Source of the DNA: an uncultured Clostridia bacterium
Lineage (GTDB): Bacteria; CAYTYR01; UBA6262
Direction: 5' to 3'
Length of the DNA stretch: 49,043 nucleotides
NCBI GenBank assembly: GCA_964441745.1
Contig: CAYTYR010000016.1
Location: forward strand, 1-49,043
Numbering within the stretch: the first letter of the stretch is position 1; every line of letters starts with the position of its first letter. This document shows, one piece after another, positions 1 to 10,181 of the stretch. Made by a program: the position numbers and the translations under genes. The notes beneath the pieces were generated by a model. The model saw only the letters and a list, made by a program, of their open reading frames with translations. It was not told the DNA's origin and did not search any database.

Positions 1-55
1 TCAGCAGTTAACTATGAACTTTGCCTACTCCTAAAGTTTTACCGGACAGCTGTGA
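1..55 (+). repeat. Left copy of perfect 55-bp terminal inverted repeat
   Basis: tcagcagttaactatgaactttgcctactcctaaagttttaccggacagctgtga is the exact reverse complement of 48989..49043; identity stops at base 56 (aggct vs ttttg). Confidence 0.97.
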
Positions 56-86
56 AGGCTAATACTAAAACTTCCATCCGAATTTG

Positions 87-290
87 TTAAAGAATCTGAT
101 GGCACTTTTTATATGCCAGACCGGCCATCACCGCAATGAGCATAATATCAGTCAAGAGGCTAAATCTTGATCCTAAAATGTCCTTTAAAAAATTCAAAAC
201 CGGTCGCATGACCGGTAAGGTTAAATAAATTAAAGCTATATAGCTGATTACCAGGGTAATTCTACCCTTATTTATTTTTGAATTGGGCAT
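87..290 (-). pseudogene. Short membrane-protein ORF, possibly a truncated or decayed gene (tentatively VanZ-like N-terminus)
   Basis: ATG at 290 overlaps the end of the upstream GT gene; two hydrophobic segments (ITLVISYIALIYLTLPV; LLTDIMLIAVMAGLAY); stop 31 bp from the terminal repeat. Family assignment is from memory only. Confidence 0.35.
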
Positions 291-1365
291 ATTCTTTCTC
301 AATATACTCTTTCAGCTGTTGTTTGAATATTTCTTTATCAAATTTTTGGGCCTGTTTCCTGATCAGTTGACTGTTAAAAGCTATATTTTGCATTTTTTTC
401 ACTGCTTCCACAATCGCCGCCGGTGTTTGCTCTTTAAAAAATACCCCGGTTACTCCTTCAACCACAGTTTCCAGAGCTCCCCCGGCGGCATAGGCCACTA
501 CCGGCCGGCCGCCAGCCATAGCTTCCACCGGGGCAATGCCAAAATCTTCTTCACCGGGGAAGATAAAAGCCTGGCATTGCGCGCAATGTTCATTAACGAC
601 AGGATCAGAAACCCGCCCCAGGAATTTGATATTAGGATTGGCGATCTTTTCCAGATGCGTTTTGTCAGGGCCTTCACCGATCACCACCAATGGCAAACCT
701 AATTGGTTAAAAGCCTGGATCACTATATCAACTCTTTTATAGGTATTAAGCCTGGATACCAGCAGATAATAATCGCCTAATTGTTTAGCGATACTGAAAC
801 GACTGGTTTCAACTGGTGGATAAATAACCACCGAATCCCGGTTATAGCTTTTTTTGATCCGGTCCTGGATCAGCTTAGAGATGGCGATAAACCGGTCTAC
901 CCGGCTGTTGGTCCGCAGATCCCATTTCCTCAGGCGTTTAATACAAATTTTGAGGACAATTTCCGATATTTTCGGTATGTTCTCCCTTTCTATATACCGC
1001 TGGTAGCTCCAAACCCAGCGCATGGGAGTATAGCAATAGCAGATATGCAGGCAACTGGCATCATGCTTGGCCGCCTTGGCCCAGCCGCTGGAAGAAGAAA
1101 GGATTAAGTCGTAACCGTCAAAATTAAAACTTTCTATGGCTTTGGGAAAAAACAGCAAATACTTTTTAAAATGTTTTTTCATCCAGGGGAAGCGCTGCAT
1201 AAATGAAGTCCGTATATCCATTTTCTTAAAGGATTCAGGCATTTCCGCCGGTAAATACACTGAGGTATATATCGGAGCCTCTGGAAAAAGTTCGTGCAAT
1301 ACTTCGACGACTCTTTCCGCCCCGCCATATTGGTTAAGATAATCATGAACGATCGCAATTTTCAT
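268..1365 (-). CDS. GT4 glycosyltransferase (WbaZ-like)
   Basis: MKIAIVHDYLNQYGGAERVV N-terminus; EEDFGIAPVEAMAGGRPV (Ex7E) motif; probable ATG at 1365. Confidence 0.92.
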   Translation of the reverse strand: MKIAIVHDYLNQYGGAERVVEVLHELFPEAPIYTSVYLPAEMPESFKKMDIRTSFMQRFPWMKKHFKKYLLFFPKAIESFNFDGYDLILSSSSGWAKAAKHDASCLHICYCYTPMRWVWSYQRYIERENIPKISEIVLKICIKRLRKWDLRTNSRVDRFIAISKLIQDRIKKSYNRDSVVIYPPVETSRFSIAKQLGDYYLLVSRLNTYKRVDIVIQAFNQLGLPLVVIGEGPDKTHLEKIANPNIKFLGRVSDPVVNEHCAQCQAFIFPGEEDFGIAPVEAMAGGRPVVAYAAGGALETVVEGVTGVFFKEQTPAAIVEAVKKMQNIAFNSQLIRKQAQKFDKEIFKQQLKEYIEKEYAQFKNK

Positions 1366-1388
1366 TAAGTTAGACTCCACACAGATTC

Positions 1389-2738
1389 CTAAACCTTGAC
1401 CTCAACCTTAGTTTTTGTAATTCTATAGACTGCCACATTCAACCCTGCCAATATCCAGAATAATATTGACACTTTATCATCAAAAATATTAGTATCAAAA
1501 ATACCCTGGATACTGAACCAGGCCCACATCAAAATAAAACATAATCCCAGGGTACTGATCCCGGCATCCCGGCTCTGGTAAGTTTTGTATGAAATCCGCA
1601 ATCCTTGCAGTATGACCATCAGTAAAGCCGCCAACCCTAATATCCCGATCTCCGCCCAGACCTGCAAGTAATTATTATGCGCCGGCACGGGTATGTATGG
1701 AGGCCGGTTAAAAGCTTCTAATCCATAGTCATAGTTTGCCAACCCTACCCCGGTTATGGGCCGGTTAACAATGATCCTTAAAGCTTGTTTCCAGATGACT
1801 ATCCTTGATTGCGCTGATGATTCGTGTACCAGGGAAACGATGCGGTTGTTAAAAACCCGGCTAAAGTTGCCAAACACCGTACCCGCCAGAATAAGCGTTA
1901 GCAGGACGACCAGTATAAGATAAACTGCCTGTTTTCTTTTATTAACAAGAGTAAAATAGGTTATCGTCACAGCGATCAAACTCAGCCAGGCGCTGCGCGC
2001 AAAAGTCAGCGCTATAGTTACAAAAAATATGAATATGGACAACAGATATAAGCTCTTGATCTTCTCATTGCGGTTATCGCGATAAAGTACCGGCACAAAA
2101 ACCAGCGCCAATCCGGAACTTAAAGTAAAAGCGGAAACAGCGATACATGCACCAAAAGGCCGCACCCAGTACTGCCAGATATCCGGCATCCAATAAAACC
2201 AGTTCATTTTATTAGAGAACATATTATCGCTGAGAGCTGCTTGCAGCGCCCCCGGACCGGTAAAGACCCCCACCAAACTCTTATGAGCGTTGACAAAATT
2301 AAAAATGCGCTCAAAACCGGCAAAAAATTCCAGCAGGCCAAGCGAGACCAATAAAAGCGCCGACCAAACTGCGGATTTTACCAGAATCCTGGCCTGCGTT
2401 ACATTTTTAACCGTATTGGAAGCGACAAAAAATAACATGACCGGTACAGACCATTTAATTAAATACTTAAAAGCGACCCGGTAATCCCCGGCCACGGTCA
2501 GGGACAGGATCATAGCCAGAATCAGTACCGCCGGCCAAAACTGCTGTTCAGCAACCTTCCTGCGGCGGCCATAAATAACCTCGGTAAATAACCAGGTGCA
2601 TGAGACAATGATCGCTACTACCTGAACTACGGATAAAGTGATCTTTGGGCTGACCGGAAAATAAATCTGCCAGGGAGCCAGAAACAATAACAGGCACAGG
2701 CCGGTAAACACCAGTTTTTGAAGTTTTGTTTCCATCAT
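1389..2738 (-). CDS. O-antigen ligase family (Wzy_C/WaaL-like) membrane protein
   Basis: Many TM segments; TFARSAW, SRIVIWKQAL..RPITGVGLANY and PAHNNYLQVWAEIGILG motifs typical of Wzy_C. Confidence 0.85.
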   Translation of the reverse strand: MMETKLQKLVFTGLCLLLFLAPWQIYFPVSPKITLSVVQVVAIIVSCTWLFTEVIYGRRRKVAEQQFWPAVLILAMILSLTVAGDYRVAFKYLIKWSVPVMLFFVASNTVKNVTQARILVKSAVWSALLLVSLGLLEFFAGFERIFNFVNAHKSLVGVFTGPGALQAALSDNMFSNKMNWFYWMPDIWQYWVRPFGACIAVSAFTLSSGLALVFVPVLYRDNRNEKIKSLYLLSIFIFFVTIALTFARSAWLSLIAVTITYFTLVNKRKQAVYLILVVLLTLILAGTVFGNFSRVFNNRIVSLVHESSAQSRIVIWKQALRIIVNRPITGVGLANYDYGLEAFNRPPYIPVPAHNNYLQVWAEIGILGLAALLMVILQGLRISYKTYQSRDAGISTLGLCFILMWAWFSIQGIFDTNIFDDKVSILFWILAGLNVAVYRITKTKVEVKV

Positions 2739-3838
2739 GAGAGCGCTTCTTTATAAACTTTGATATGTTCCCGGATCGCGTTATCCCAGGTAAACATTTT
2801 AACCCGCTGGAATCCCTTTTCCCGCATTTCACGGCGCAGGCCTTCATCTGCCAGTACCCGGTCGATAACCTTGGCAAATCCGGCGCTGTCAAACGGATCT
2901 ACTATCAGTGCCGCGTCTCCTGAAACTTCAGGCACAGAGGTGGCGTTGGAACAGACCACCGGAGCGCCGCAAGCCATAGCTTCCAAGATCGGCAAGCCAA
3001 ATCCTTCATAGGACGACGGGAAAGCCAGCAAACCAGCCTGGGTATAAAGCGCCGGAAGGTCCTCTTCCATTAAATAATCAGTGAAAACTATTTTTTCTCC
3101 CAGGCTTAAGGCATTGATCGTTTCATAAATTTCTGTCCGGCGCGGGTCTTTACGGCCGGCAATCACCAGTTTATATCCCTGCTGCGCCTGGCTGAGGCTA
3201 AAAGCGGCGATCAGAGCCGGGATATTTTTCCGTTTTTCATGATTGCCTACGTACAAGATATATTTTCCCGGCAGGTTATACCTGGCTAGGCGCGCGGCAG
3301 CATCCTTGACTGGCTGATATTTTGCATCCACCGCCGGATAAATAACTCTAATTTTTGATTCCGGCACATGGATCGTAGTCATTATATCTTGTTTACTGTA
3401 CAGAGAATCAGTAATGACCAGCCTGGCTTGCCGGCAGGCAAATCCGATCATAAATGCCGCATAGATCCTGGCCAGGACATTCGGGCAGGCACCGGGATAT
3501 TTCAAATAGATCAAATCATGGATCGTAACAACATACGGGTACTTTTTACTTAAAGATATATTAAAGTTCGGGAAATGCACCAGGTCAGGTTTTAAAGCAG
3601 ACAAATAATAGGACAACATGGCCTGTTCTTTCAAACCATATATTTTTGTCCGGCTCAACGGATGCATCATGGATGTATTATTAAGCTGTCCTAAATACTT
3701 TTCATCCCCGCTGTTCAGAAAAACTGTCGGTTCGATACCTGCTTCTGGCGCCAGCAGATCCAGTTTTTCGATTATATTCTGAGTGTAGCGCCCGATACCG
3801 GAATTGCCCAGCATGCGCGCATCAATAAATAACTTCAT
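2735..3838 (-). CDS. GT4 glycosyltransferase (MtfB-like)
   Basis: [18 protein letters not shown] start at 3838; [30 protein letters not shown]. Confidence 0.92.
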   Translation of the reverse strand: MKLFIDARMLGNSGIGRYTQNIIEKLDLLAPEAGIEPTVFLNSGDEKYLGQLNNTSMMHPLSRTKIYGLKEQAMLSYYLSALKPDLVHFPNFNISLSKKYPYVVTIHDLIYLKYPGACPNVLARIYAAFMIGFACRQARLVITDSLYSKQDIMTTIHVPESKIRVIYPAVDAKYQPVKDAAARLARYNLPGKYILYVGNHEKRKNIPALIAAFSLSQAQQGYKLVIAGRKDPRRTEIYETINALSLGEKIVFTDYLMEEDLPALYTQAGLLAFPSSYEGFGLPILEAMACGAPVVCSNATSVPEVSGDAALIVDPFDSAGFAKVIDRVLADEGLRREMREKGFQRVKMFTWDNAIREHIKVYKEALS

Positions 3839-5231
3839 CCTGATCCTCTTCAGTAATCCGTATTGAAAGGATGCCGGCCGTAATCCAGAAAAACGGCAGC
3901 ATATGCATGGCATAAGTCAAGCCATTAACGATGATCCCGACAAAAGAAGCAAAAGCCCCTATCATTATAACCAAAGTTTGCCGATTCTTTACTTCCCTGA
4001 TCCGCCGCAATCCCTGTCTTAAAACCATAAAAACAAACACCAGAAAACTGCCCAGGCCAAACAAACCTGTTTCTACGGCCAAATCACTGATAAAATTAGA
4101 GGAAGTAGCGGTAATAATAGGAGGTATGTCTGTAATACCGGCTTCCTTGTTATCATATTTTTTTTCTAATATGACAAAAGCATTACCTAAACCACGGCCG
4201 ACAAAAGGGTGCTTCCAAAAAGCATCAAGAGCGGCCAGATTACTTTGATAACGGATATCCCTGGTCGGGTCTGAAGCGCTAAAAAGGGATCTGGCCCTTT
4301 CATTTACTATTTTTTCAATATTTGATTGATATTTGGTGGGAATGATCTTTGACATCATACTTAATGAACCTATAACTATCCCCGCAACCGCCGCCAGAAT
4401 AATAGTCCCTTTAATAATATTTACCTTATATATACCTTTAGTATGCGCAAAATATAATATGACCAAGATGCTAACGATCATACCCAGCCAGGAACCCCGG
4501 CTCATGTTCGGGATAACATTAGCGATGATCAAGGCCAAAATGATCCACAACGATATTTTCTTACTGGACAAAAGCAAAGCGCACACAAATCCAAAAGCAA
4601 AAACCAGGAACAAGCCAAACTCATTTGGTTCGGCGAAAAACGAAGTAGGCCGCGCAAAATGATAGGCAAAATTAGTTAGACTGCCTGGGATAACTTTCAA
4701 AATGACCAGGATACTGTAGATACAGGCGATATAGGATGACACAATAATTACTTTTACTAAGGATTCCAGGACCCGTTCATTATTAACAATATTAATGATC
4801 GCCAGCATAAGTAATATATACATAATCAATAATACTGACTGTTTCACGAATACTGCCGGATAAGCACAGTTGATTACAGATAAGACCAGACTCAACATAA
4901 AAAAACACAAAACACGTCCATATCCTTTCGGCAGAAGTAATTTCATTTTATCTCTTAAGAAATATATGGCTAATACAACCACTAATACCAGCAATACCAC
5001 CTGATATGCTTTGATATGAACCGGCCCGATTTGGTATAGGGACAAGGTGCCAAAGCCGGATAAAAAAACAGCCCATAATATCCCCTGGTCCGGCTTTTTA
5101 AGCAAATAAGCAAATAACAGGATAGTACCCAGTATCAGCACGCCTGTTTCAAATGACCTCATGATCATTGTATAAATAACAGCGATCATTAACAGGAAAC
5201 TAAATATGATTACCTTCCAACTATTTTTCAT
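3822..5231 (-). CDS. O-antigen ligase family (Wzy_C) membrane protein
   Basis: Multi-TM; RPTSFFAEPNEFG, MSRGSW, HPFVGRGLGN, SNFISDLAVETGLFG. Confidence 0.8.
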   Translation of the reverse strand: MKNSWKVIIFSFLLMIAVIYTMIMRSFETGVLILGTILLFAYLLKKPDQGILWAVFLSGFGTLSLYQIGPVHIKAYQVVLLVLVVVLAIYFLRDKMKLLLPKGYGRVLCFFMLSLVLSVINCAYPAVFVKQSVLLIMYILLMLAIINIVNNERVLESLVKVIIVSSYIACIYSILVILKVIPGSLTNFAYHFARPTSFFAEPNEFGLFLVFAFGFVCALLLSSKKISLWIILALIIANVIPNMSRGSWLGMIVSILVILYFAHTKGIYKVNIIKGTIILAAVAGIVIGSLSMMSKIIPTKYQSNIEKIVNERARSLFSASDPTRDIRYQSNLAALDAFWKHPFVGRGLGNAFVILEKKYDNKEAGITDIPPIITATSSNFISDLAVETGLFGLGSFLVFVFMVLRQGLRRIREVKNRQTLVIMIGAFASFVGIIVNGLTYAMHMLPFFWITAGILSIRITEEDQDEVIY

Positions 5232-6331
5232 GTTTTTCGGTCCATAACGTGCTGATATATGGCTAAAGTCTCCCGGGCTGTTTTTTCCCAGGTAAATTGC
5301 TTTGCCCGGGTTAGACCTGCGGCGATCAGTTTCTTTCTTAGTTCCTGGTCATCTAATAATCTTATAATGGCATCGGTTATTTCCGCTACATTCTTTGGGT
5401 CAACCAGTAGAGCAGCATCCCCTGCCGCTTCCGGCATAGAATAAACATTAGAGGTGATTACCGGGGTCCCGCAAGCCATAGCTTCCAGTATCGGCAAACC
5501 AAAACCCTCATAGAGCGAAGGAAACGCAAAAATACTGGCGCCATTATACAAACACACCAGTTCTTCTTCACCTACATACCCCGGCAGTATAATATCTCCG
5601 GTAGCAATTAAGTTCTTAAGCTCTGAGGTAAATAGCTCCCCTCTTTTACCAACGATAACCAGCTTGAGACCATTTTTTGTCTTTTTCACCTCTTTAAAAG
5701 CCTGTATCAGACGGACCAGATTTTTACGGGGATCCATTGTCCCGACAAAAAATATATATGGTTGAGTAATATTATTCTGCTTAAGCACAGAATGGATCTC
5801 AGCTTTATTTTGTATTATCCTGAACTTCTCGGAGACTCCTAAATACGTCACCTTGATCTTATCAGCAGGAGCTTTAAATATATCAATAATCTGTTTTTTC
5901 GTGGCCTCACTGATAGCAATAATACAATCAGCGTGTTTAATTGACCAAGGCAACATCACTTTCATATGCCGGGCATGCCAACCCTTGGCAAAATCATGGC
6001 CAAAAACATAAAAGCCAAGATCATTGACAGTAATTATTTTTTTGTAGTTAAAATTAAGCAGGGGTAGTATAAAGGCAGGATTATGATACAGGTCTATCTT
6101 TTTTAAAACAATTTTAAATGGGAAGATGAAATTATCATACAAATAAAATAGCAAGCGACTGATCATTGATACGACAGGTATCTTTTTTAAACTATACCGT
6201 AGTTTTTCTTGATAGCAAAAATAGGTGTTTTTTTTATCTATTATTGGTAATTTTTCACATAGGTTCTCTATATAATTACCAATCCCGGTTTTATTATTAC
6301 TTATGGTCCTTGCATCAATGGCAATGTTCAA
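5228..6331 (-). CDS. GT4 glycosyltransferase (MtfB-like)
   Basis: [46 protein letters not shown]. Confidence 0.93.
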   Translation of the reverse strand: MNIAIDARTISNNKTGIGNYIENLCEKLPIIDKKNTYFCYQEKLRYSLKKIPVVSMISRLLFYLYDNFIFPFKIVLKKIDLYHNPAFILPLLNFNYKKIITVNDLGFYVFGHDFAKGWHARHMKVMLPWSIKHADCIIAISEATKKQIIDIFKAPADKIKVTYLGVSEKFRIIQNKAEIHSVLKQNNITQPYIFFVGTMDPRKNLVRLIQAFKEVKKTKNGLKLVIVGKRGELFTSELKNLIATGDIILPGYVGEEELVCLYNGASIFAFPSLYEGFGLPILEAMACGTPVITSNVYSMPEAAGDAALLVDPKNVAEITDAIIRLLDDQELRKKLIAAGLTRAKQFTWEKTARETLAIYQHVMDRKT

Positions 6332-7320
6332 TGACTATACCCCGTTTTGACCGGATCTAACCTCTTTCTAACCTGTACTGAAACAACCGTAAACCCACTA
6401 AACATCAACATCAACATCATTAATACAGCGACCAGACCATACTTTTGCAAAAATAATGCTACTAGGGCAATAAATATCTGCAAAGCACCATAGCCCGCAG
6501 ACACTTTCCAATGCGCTAACCGTCCTTCATTAGCTAACAACTGGTAAAGATGCCGGCGATGCGCCTTGGTTAAATTTTCCCGGTCTTTTATGCGCATAAA
6601 CATAGTGGTCAGTTCATCTGCGTAAAATGGAAACAAAAAAGAAGCAAGTACAACAAAATCTCTTATATCGTGAGACAGATAGACCACCATCCCGGCGAAA
6701 GTGAATCCCAGAAAAGTACTACCAACATCACCCATAAACACCCTGCCGCGGGGAAAATTAAAAGGCAAAAATCCCAAACAGGCGGCAACCACTGCAAATA
6801 ACAAGGACGGCAATTTGATATTGGCACCGTTTGTCATCGCGAAACAACCCATAAAAAAGAAGCTGATAGCGCCGGTGAGCGCAGCTATACCGTTAATTCC
6901 GTCCATAAAATTGTAAACATTTATAGTACCAACTATATAAATCGATAACAGCAACACTAACACCGCGATCAAGGCGAAGTTCATGTTCCAAGTCGTTTCC
7001 TTAAGCAGGAATAGCAGGGTCAAGGCAAACTGAAAAAATAGGCGAATCCATGGGGCGAGTTCTTTTCGATCGGCAACCAGCCCTAATAAGCCGATCATTA
7101 CTGCGGGCAGCCACCATAAAATATTAACACCCATAAACAGCGCAGACATTAAGAATCCTAATACTATGCCGCTACCGCCGCCCTTTGGCACCGGTTGGGA
7201 ATGAGAACTCCGGGCAGATGGATAATCTACCAGCTTATAGTGTTGCCCATGTCTGGCTATGACCCAGGCCGCAATAACAGCACATAGGAAGCTTATTAAT
7301 ATTACGCTATAATTGATCAT
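6328..7320 (-). CDS. Polyprenyl-phosphate N-acetylhexosamine-1-phosphate transferase (MraY/WecA superfamily, WbpL-like initiating enzyme)
   Basis: RSSH..PVPKGGG, NVYNFMDGING, FMGDVGS, AHRRHLYQ motifs; multi-TM. Confidence 0.9.
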   Translation of the reverse strand: MINYSVILISFLCAVIAAWVIARHGQHYKLVDYPSARSSHSQPVPKGGGSGIVLGFLMSALFMGVNILWWLPAVMIGLLGLVADRKELAPWIRLFFQFALTLLFLLKETTWNMNFALIAVLVLLLSIYIVGTINVYNFMDGINGIAALTGAISFFFMGCFAMTNGANIKLPSLLFAVVAACLGFLPFNFPRGRVFMGDVGSTFLGFTFAGMVVYLSHDIRDFVVLASFLFPFYADELTTMFMRIKDRENLTKAHRRHLYQLLANEGRLAHWKVSAGYGALQIFIALVALFLQKYGLVAVLMMLMLMFSGFTVVSVQVRKRLDPVKTGYSH

Positions 7321-7324
7321 CTGC

Positions 7325-9178
7325 TCAATTAACCTGGTATTCTGATACTATTTCCCTGATCTTGGTAATAAGTTTCTCCCGGTTCTCTGTCTTGGCAATG
7401 GCTTCTAAATAAGCGATACCCTTGCTTATTTTCTGGAAATCAACCTGGGTATTCCGGGCCATAAATATTTTTTTGTACTTGGTCAGATTGATGCCTTCAG
7501 TTTGGTTGAACAATTCCTCATTCATCTTTTCACCCGGACGCAAGCTAGTATAGACAATTTCAATATCCTCCCCCACCTTCAGGCCACTAAGCCTGATAAG
7601 CTCTTTAGCTAAATCGGCTATCTTTACGGGCTCACCCATGTCCAAGACAAAAATATTGCCGTGTTCACCGATAGCTCCGGCTTGTATGACCAGCTGCACT
7701 GCCTCAGGTATAGTCATAAAATACCTTTTTACTTCAGGATCAGTGACTGTGATCGGCCCGCCACGCGCTATTTGCCGTTTGAATAAAGGGATCACACTAC
7801 CACTACTGCCAAGTACATTACCAAATCTAACACACATAAATTTAGTTTTTTCATGATTATTCATTCCCTGGATGATCAGCTCAGCAATACGTTTTGTCGC
7901 GCCCATCACACTTGTTGGATTAACGGCTTTATCGGTGGATATCAGGATGAATTTTTCCACCGCCGCGTCCACCGAGAGCTTGCACATATTCAGGGTCCCC
8001 AGGACATTATTCCTGATGGCTTTCTCTGGAAATCTTTCCATAAGATGCACATGCTTATGAGCCGCCGCATGAAAGATTACCTGTGGCTTGTATTTTTTCA
8101 TAATATTTTTCATTTGATCTTCATTGGTAATATCTTCAACGATAGCCTGCACCGGAAAGTCAACCATATTAAATTCTTGATCCATGAAGTATATACTATT
8201 TTCATTGTTATCTATCATAATCAGTGTTTTAGGTTTAAACTTAGCTACTTGTTTGGCCAGTTCTGAACCAATAGAGCCTCCAGCGCCTGTAATCATAACA
8301 ACCTTATTGGTTAGATAAGAAGAAATGGCAGGTATGTCCAAGTCTATCCTTTCGCGGCCCAACAGGTCATCTATCTCCACATTCCTGATCTGCTTAATGG
8401 TAACCCGGCCATCAGCAATATCATTAATGCCCGGCATAGTTTTATATATACAATTGCTTTCCTGGCAATACTTAACTATTTCTCGCATTTCTTTGCTGCC
8501 AGCGGATGGTACGGCGATCAATATCTCTTTAACGCTATACCGGTTGACGATTTCCGGAATTTCCTTGATTGTGCCCAGTATTTTAACGTTATGTATTCTT
8601 TCGCCTATCAGCTCCTCATCATCATCCACAAACCCAATAGGTAAATATCCGGTTTGCGGATTGCGCTGGATATCCCGGACGAGCATTTCCCCGGCATTAC
8701 CAGCCCCCACGATCAGCAGCTCTTTGAGTTCGACTGACTTTCTGATATGAACTTCTCTGTAAATGCGCACGAATGACCTGGTCGCACCCACAAAAAGCAA
8801 CGTAATAAGCCACTCAATCACATAAATACTGCGGGGATGATTTACTCCCATGAAACCCTGATACTCCAAGCTATATTTCGACAGATAGGTCAGTACCGCA
8901 ACAATAATGACGGAAGCCAAGCTGACGGCTTTGAATATGGTAATAAAATCATGGATTCCGAGGTACCTCCACAAACCCTTATAGAGACCAAAAAAGGCAT
9001 TAACCACTATTCTTATTAACAGGAATATTATTATGGTTCGCTTGAACTGAACAAAAAATACTGCGGGAATATTACCATCAAATCTAAATATATAGGCCAG
9101 ATACAGAGCCAGCGGGAAAAGAATTAAATCTACTATGAAAAGCATAAACCTTTTTCTGGTAATAGTAATTCCAGCCAT
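7325..9178 (-). CDS. wbpM: Membrane-anchored UDP-GlcNAc 4,6-dehydratase (WbpM/CapD/PglF family)
   Basis: N-terminal TM helices, GAGNAG domain, DDLLGRE, TGAGGSIGSEL, HAAAHKHV, STDKAVNPTSVMGATKR, RFGNVLGSSGSVIP. Confidence 0.93.
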   Translation of the reverse strand: MAGITITRKRFMLFIVDLILFPLALYLAYIFRFDGNIPAVFFVQFKRTIIIFLLIRIVVNAFFGLYKGLWRYLGIHDFITIFKAVSLASVIIVAVLTYLSKYSLEYQGFMGVNHPRSIYVIEWLITLLFVGATRSFVRIYREVHIRKSVELKELLIVGAGNAGEMLVRDIQRNPQTGYLPIGFVDDDEELIGERIHNVKILGTIKEIPEIVNRYSVKEILIAVPSAGSKEMREIVKYCQESNCIYKTMPGINDIADGRVTIKQIRNVEIDDLLGRERIDLDIPAISSYLTNKVVMITGAGGSIGSELAKQVAKFKPKTLIMIDNNENSIYFMDQEFNMVDFPVQAIVEDITNEDQMKNIMKKYKPQVIFHAAAHKHVHLMERFPEKAIRNNVLGTLNMCKLSVDAAVEKFILISTDKAVNPTSVMGATKRIAELIIQGMNNHEKTKFMCVRFGNVLGSSGSVIPLFKRQIARGGPITVTDPEVKRYFMTIPEAVQLVIQAGAIGEHGNIFVLDMGEPVKIADLAKELIRLSGLKVGEDIEIVYTSLRPGEKMNEELFNQTEGINLTKYKKIFMARNTQVDFQKISKGIAYLEAIAKTENREKLITKIREIVSEYQVN

Positions 9179-9179
9179 A

Positions 9180-10181
9180 CTAACCTCTATCTCTCTGAAT
9201 ATTTTGGTACCAGTTCACAGTTTCTTTTATTGCATATTCAACACTGAATGGCGGCTGCCAGCCCAGGGTAGATTTGATCTTGCTGATGTCCACGGCCAGG
9301 GAACCGGCTAATCGGTCCATTTCCTGTGCCTGGCCGACAATTCTGGCTAACCCCTTCATAATACTTATCGGAAAGGCTATCAACCTGGCCCTTTTATTCA
9401 AAGCCCGGGCGATCATGGTCATTAATGCCGGCGTGGATAGATCAGCCCCATCGCTAACTAAAAAAGTTTGGTTCGCAGCTTGTTCATCGCTCATACAATG
9501 CCTCAACGCGTCAACCAAATTTCCAATATAGACCAAGCTGCGTTTATTTTCCAGTTTCTTAAGCGGCAGCGGTATTCCTTTATCCACTAACTTAATTAAA
9601 CGCAAAAAATTAGCTTTCACCCCCGGACCGTATACTAAGGGCAGCCGCAAAATAACTGTTTCTAAGCCGGTTTCCCGACCGATTTTGCGTAGTACCTTCT
9701 CAGCTTCAAATTTGCTAAGAGCATAAGCGTCCAGCGGACCAGGCACATCTGTTTCCTTAAAAGAGCTTCCCTCCCTGGTGCTTTCGCCGTTAACTTTTAT
9801 AGTGCTGACAAATACCATCCTTTTGACCCCGGATTTAACAGCTTGCCGAGCCACTTGCGCGGTCAAATCTGTATTGATAGTCTGATACTCGTTTAATTTC
9901 CGCTGCTGGTCCCTGGACATATCATGAACTTTTGCCGCTAAATGAATTACTACTTCTGTGTTGGTAAAAAGACTAGGCCATTGGGTGAAAGCTCTTAAAT
10001 CGCCGGATTCAATTAATTCTATATCAGCCTTAGCGGCTTTTTTCTTATAAACACGATTACCACTGTCATATATCTGCCCGCGGACCGTAAACCCTTCTTG
10101 GGCTAATGACAGACTTAGGGCCTGGCCAATAAATCCATCCGCACCCGTAATAAGAATTTTTGGGAGATTATCTTTTTTCAT
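9180..10181 (-). CDS. NAD-dependent epimerase/4-reductase (WbpV-like SDR)
   Basis: TGADGFIG, HLAAKVH, STIKVNGE, YALSK, LVYGPGVKANF, NKRSLV; probable ATG at 10181; adjacent to wbpM/wbpL-like genes. Confidence 0.85.
   Translation of the reverse strand: MKKDNLPKILITGADGFIGQALSLSLAQEGFTVRGQIYDSGNRVYKKKAAKADIELIESGDLRAFTQWPSLFTNTEVVIHLAAKVHDMSRDQQRKLNEYQTINTDLTAQVARQAVKSGVKRMVFVSTIKVNGESTREGSSFKETDVPGPLDAYALSKFEAEKVLRKIGRETGLETVILRLPLVYGPGVKANFLRLIKLVDKGIPLPLKKLENKRSLVYIGNLVDALRHCMSDEQAANQTFLVSDGADLSTPALMTMIARALNKRARLIAFPISIMKGLARIVGQAQEMDRLAGSLAVDISKIKSTLGWQPPFSVEYAIKETVNWYQNIQRDRG

Noticed and set aside
1-55. Assignment of the repeat to a named IS family, or to a linear plasmid/phage terminus
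   Set aside because: Only 55 bp are visible and there are no transposase, replication or phage genes; the family cannot be supported from this sequence.
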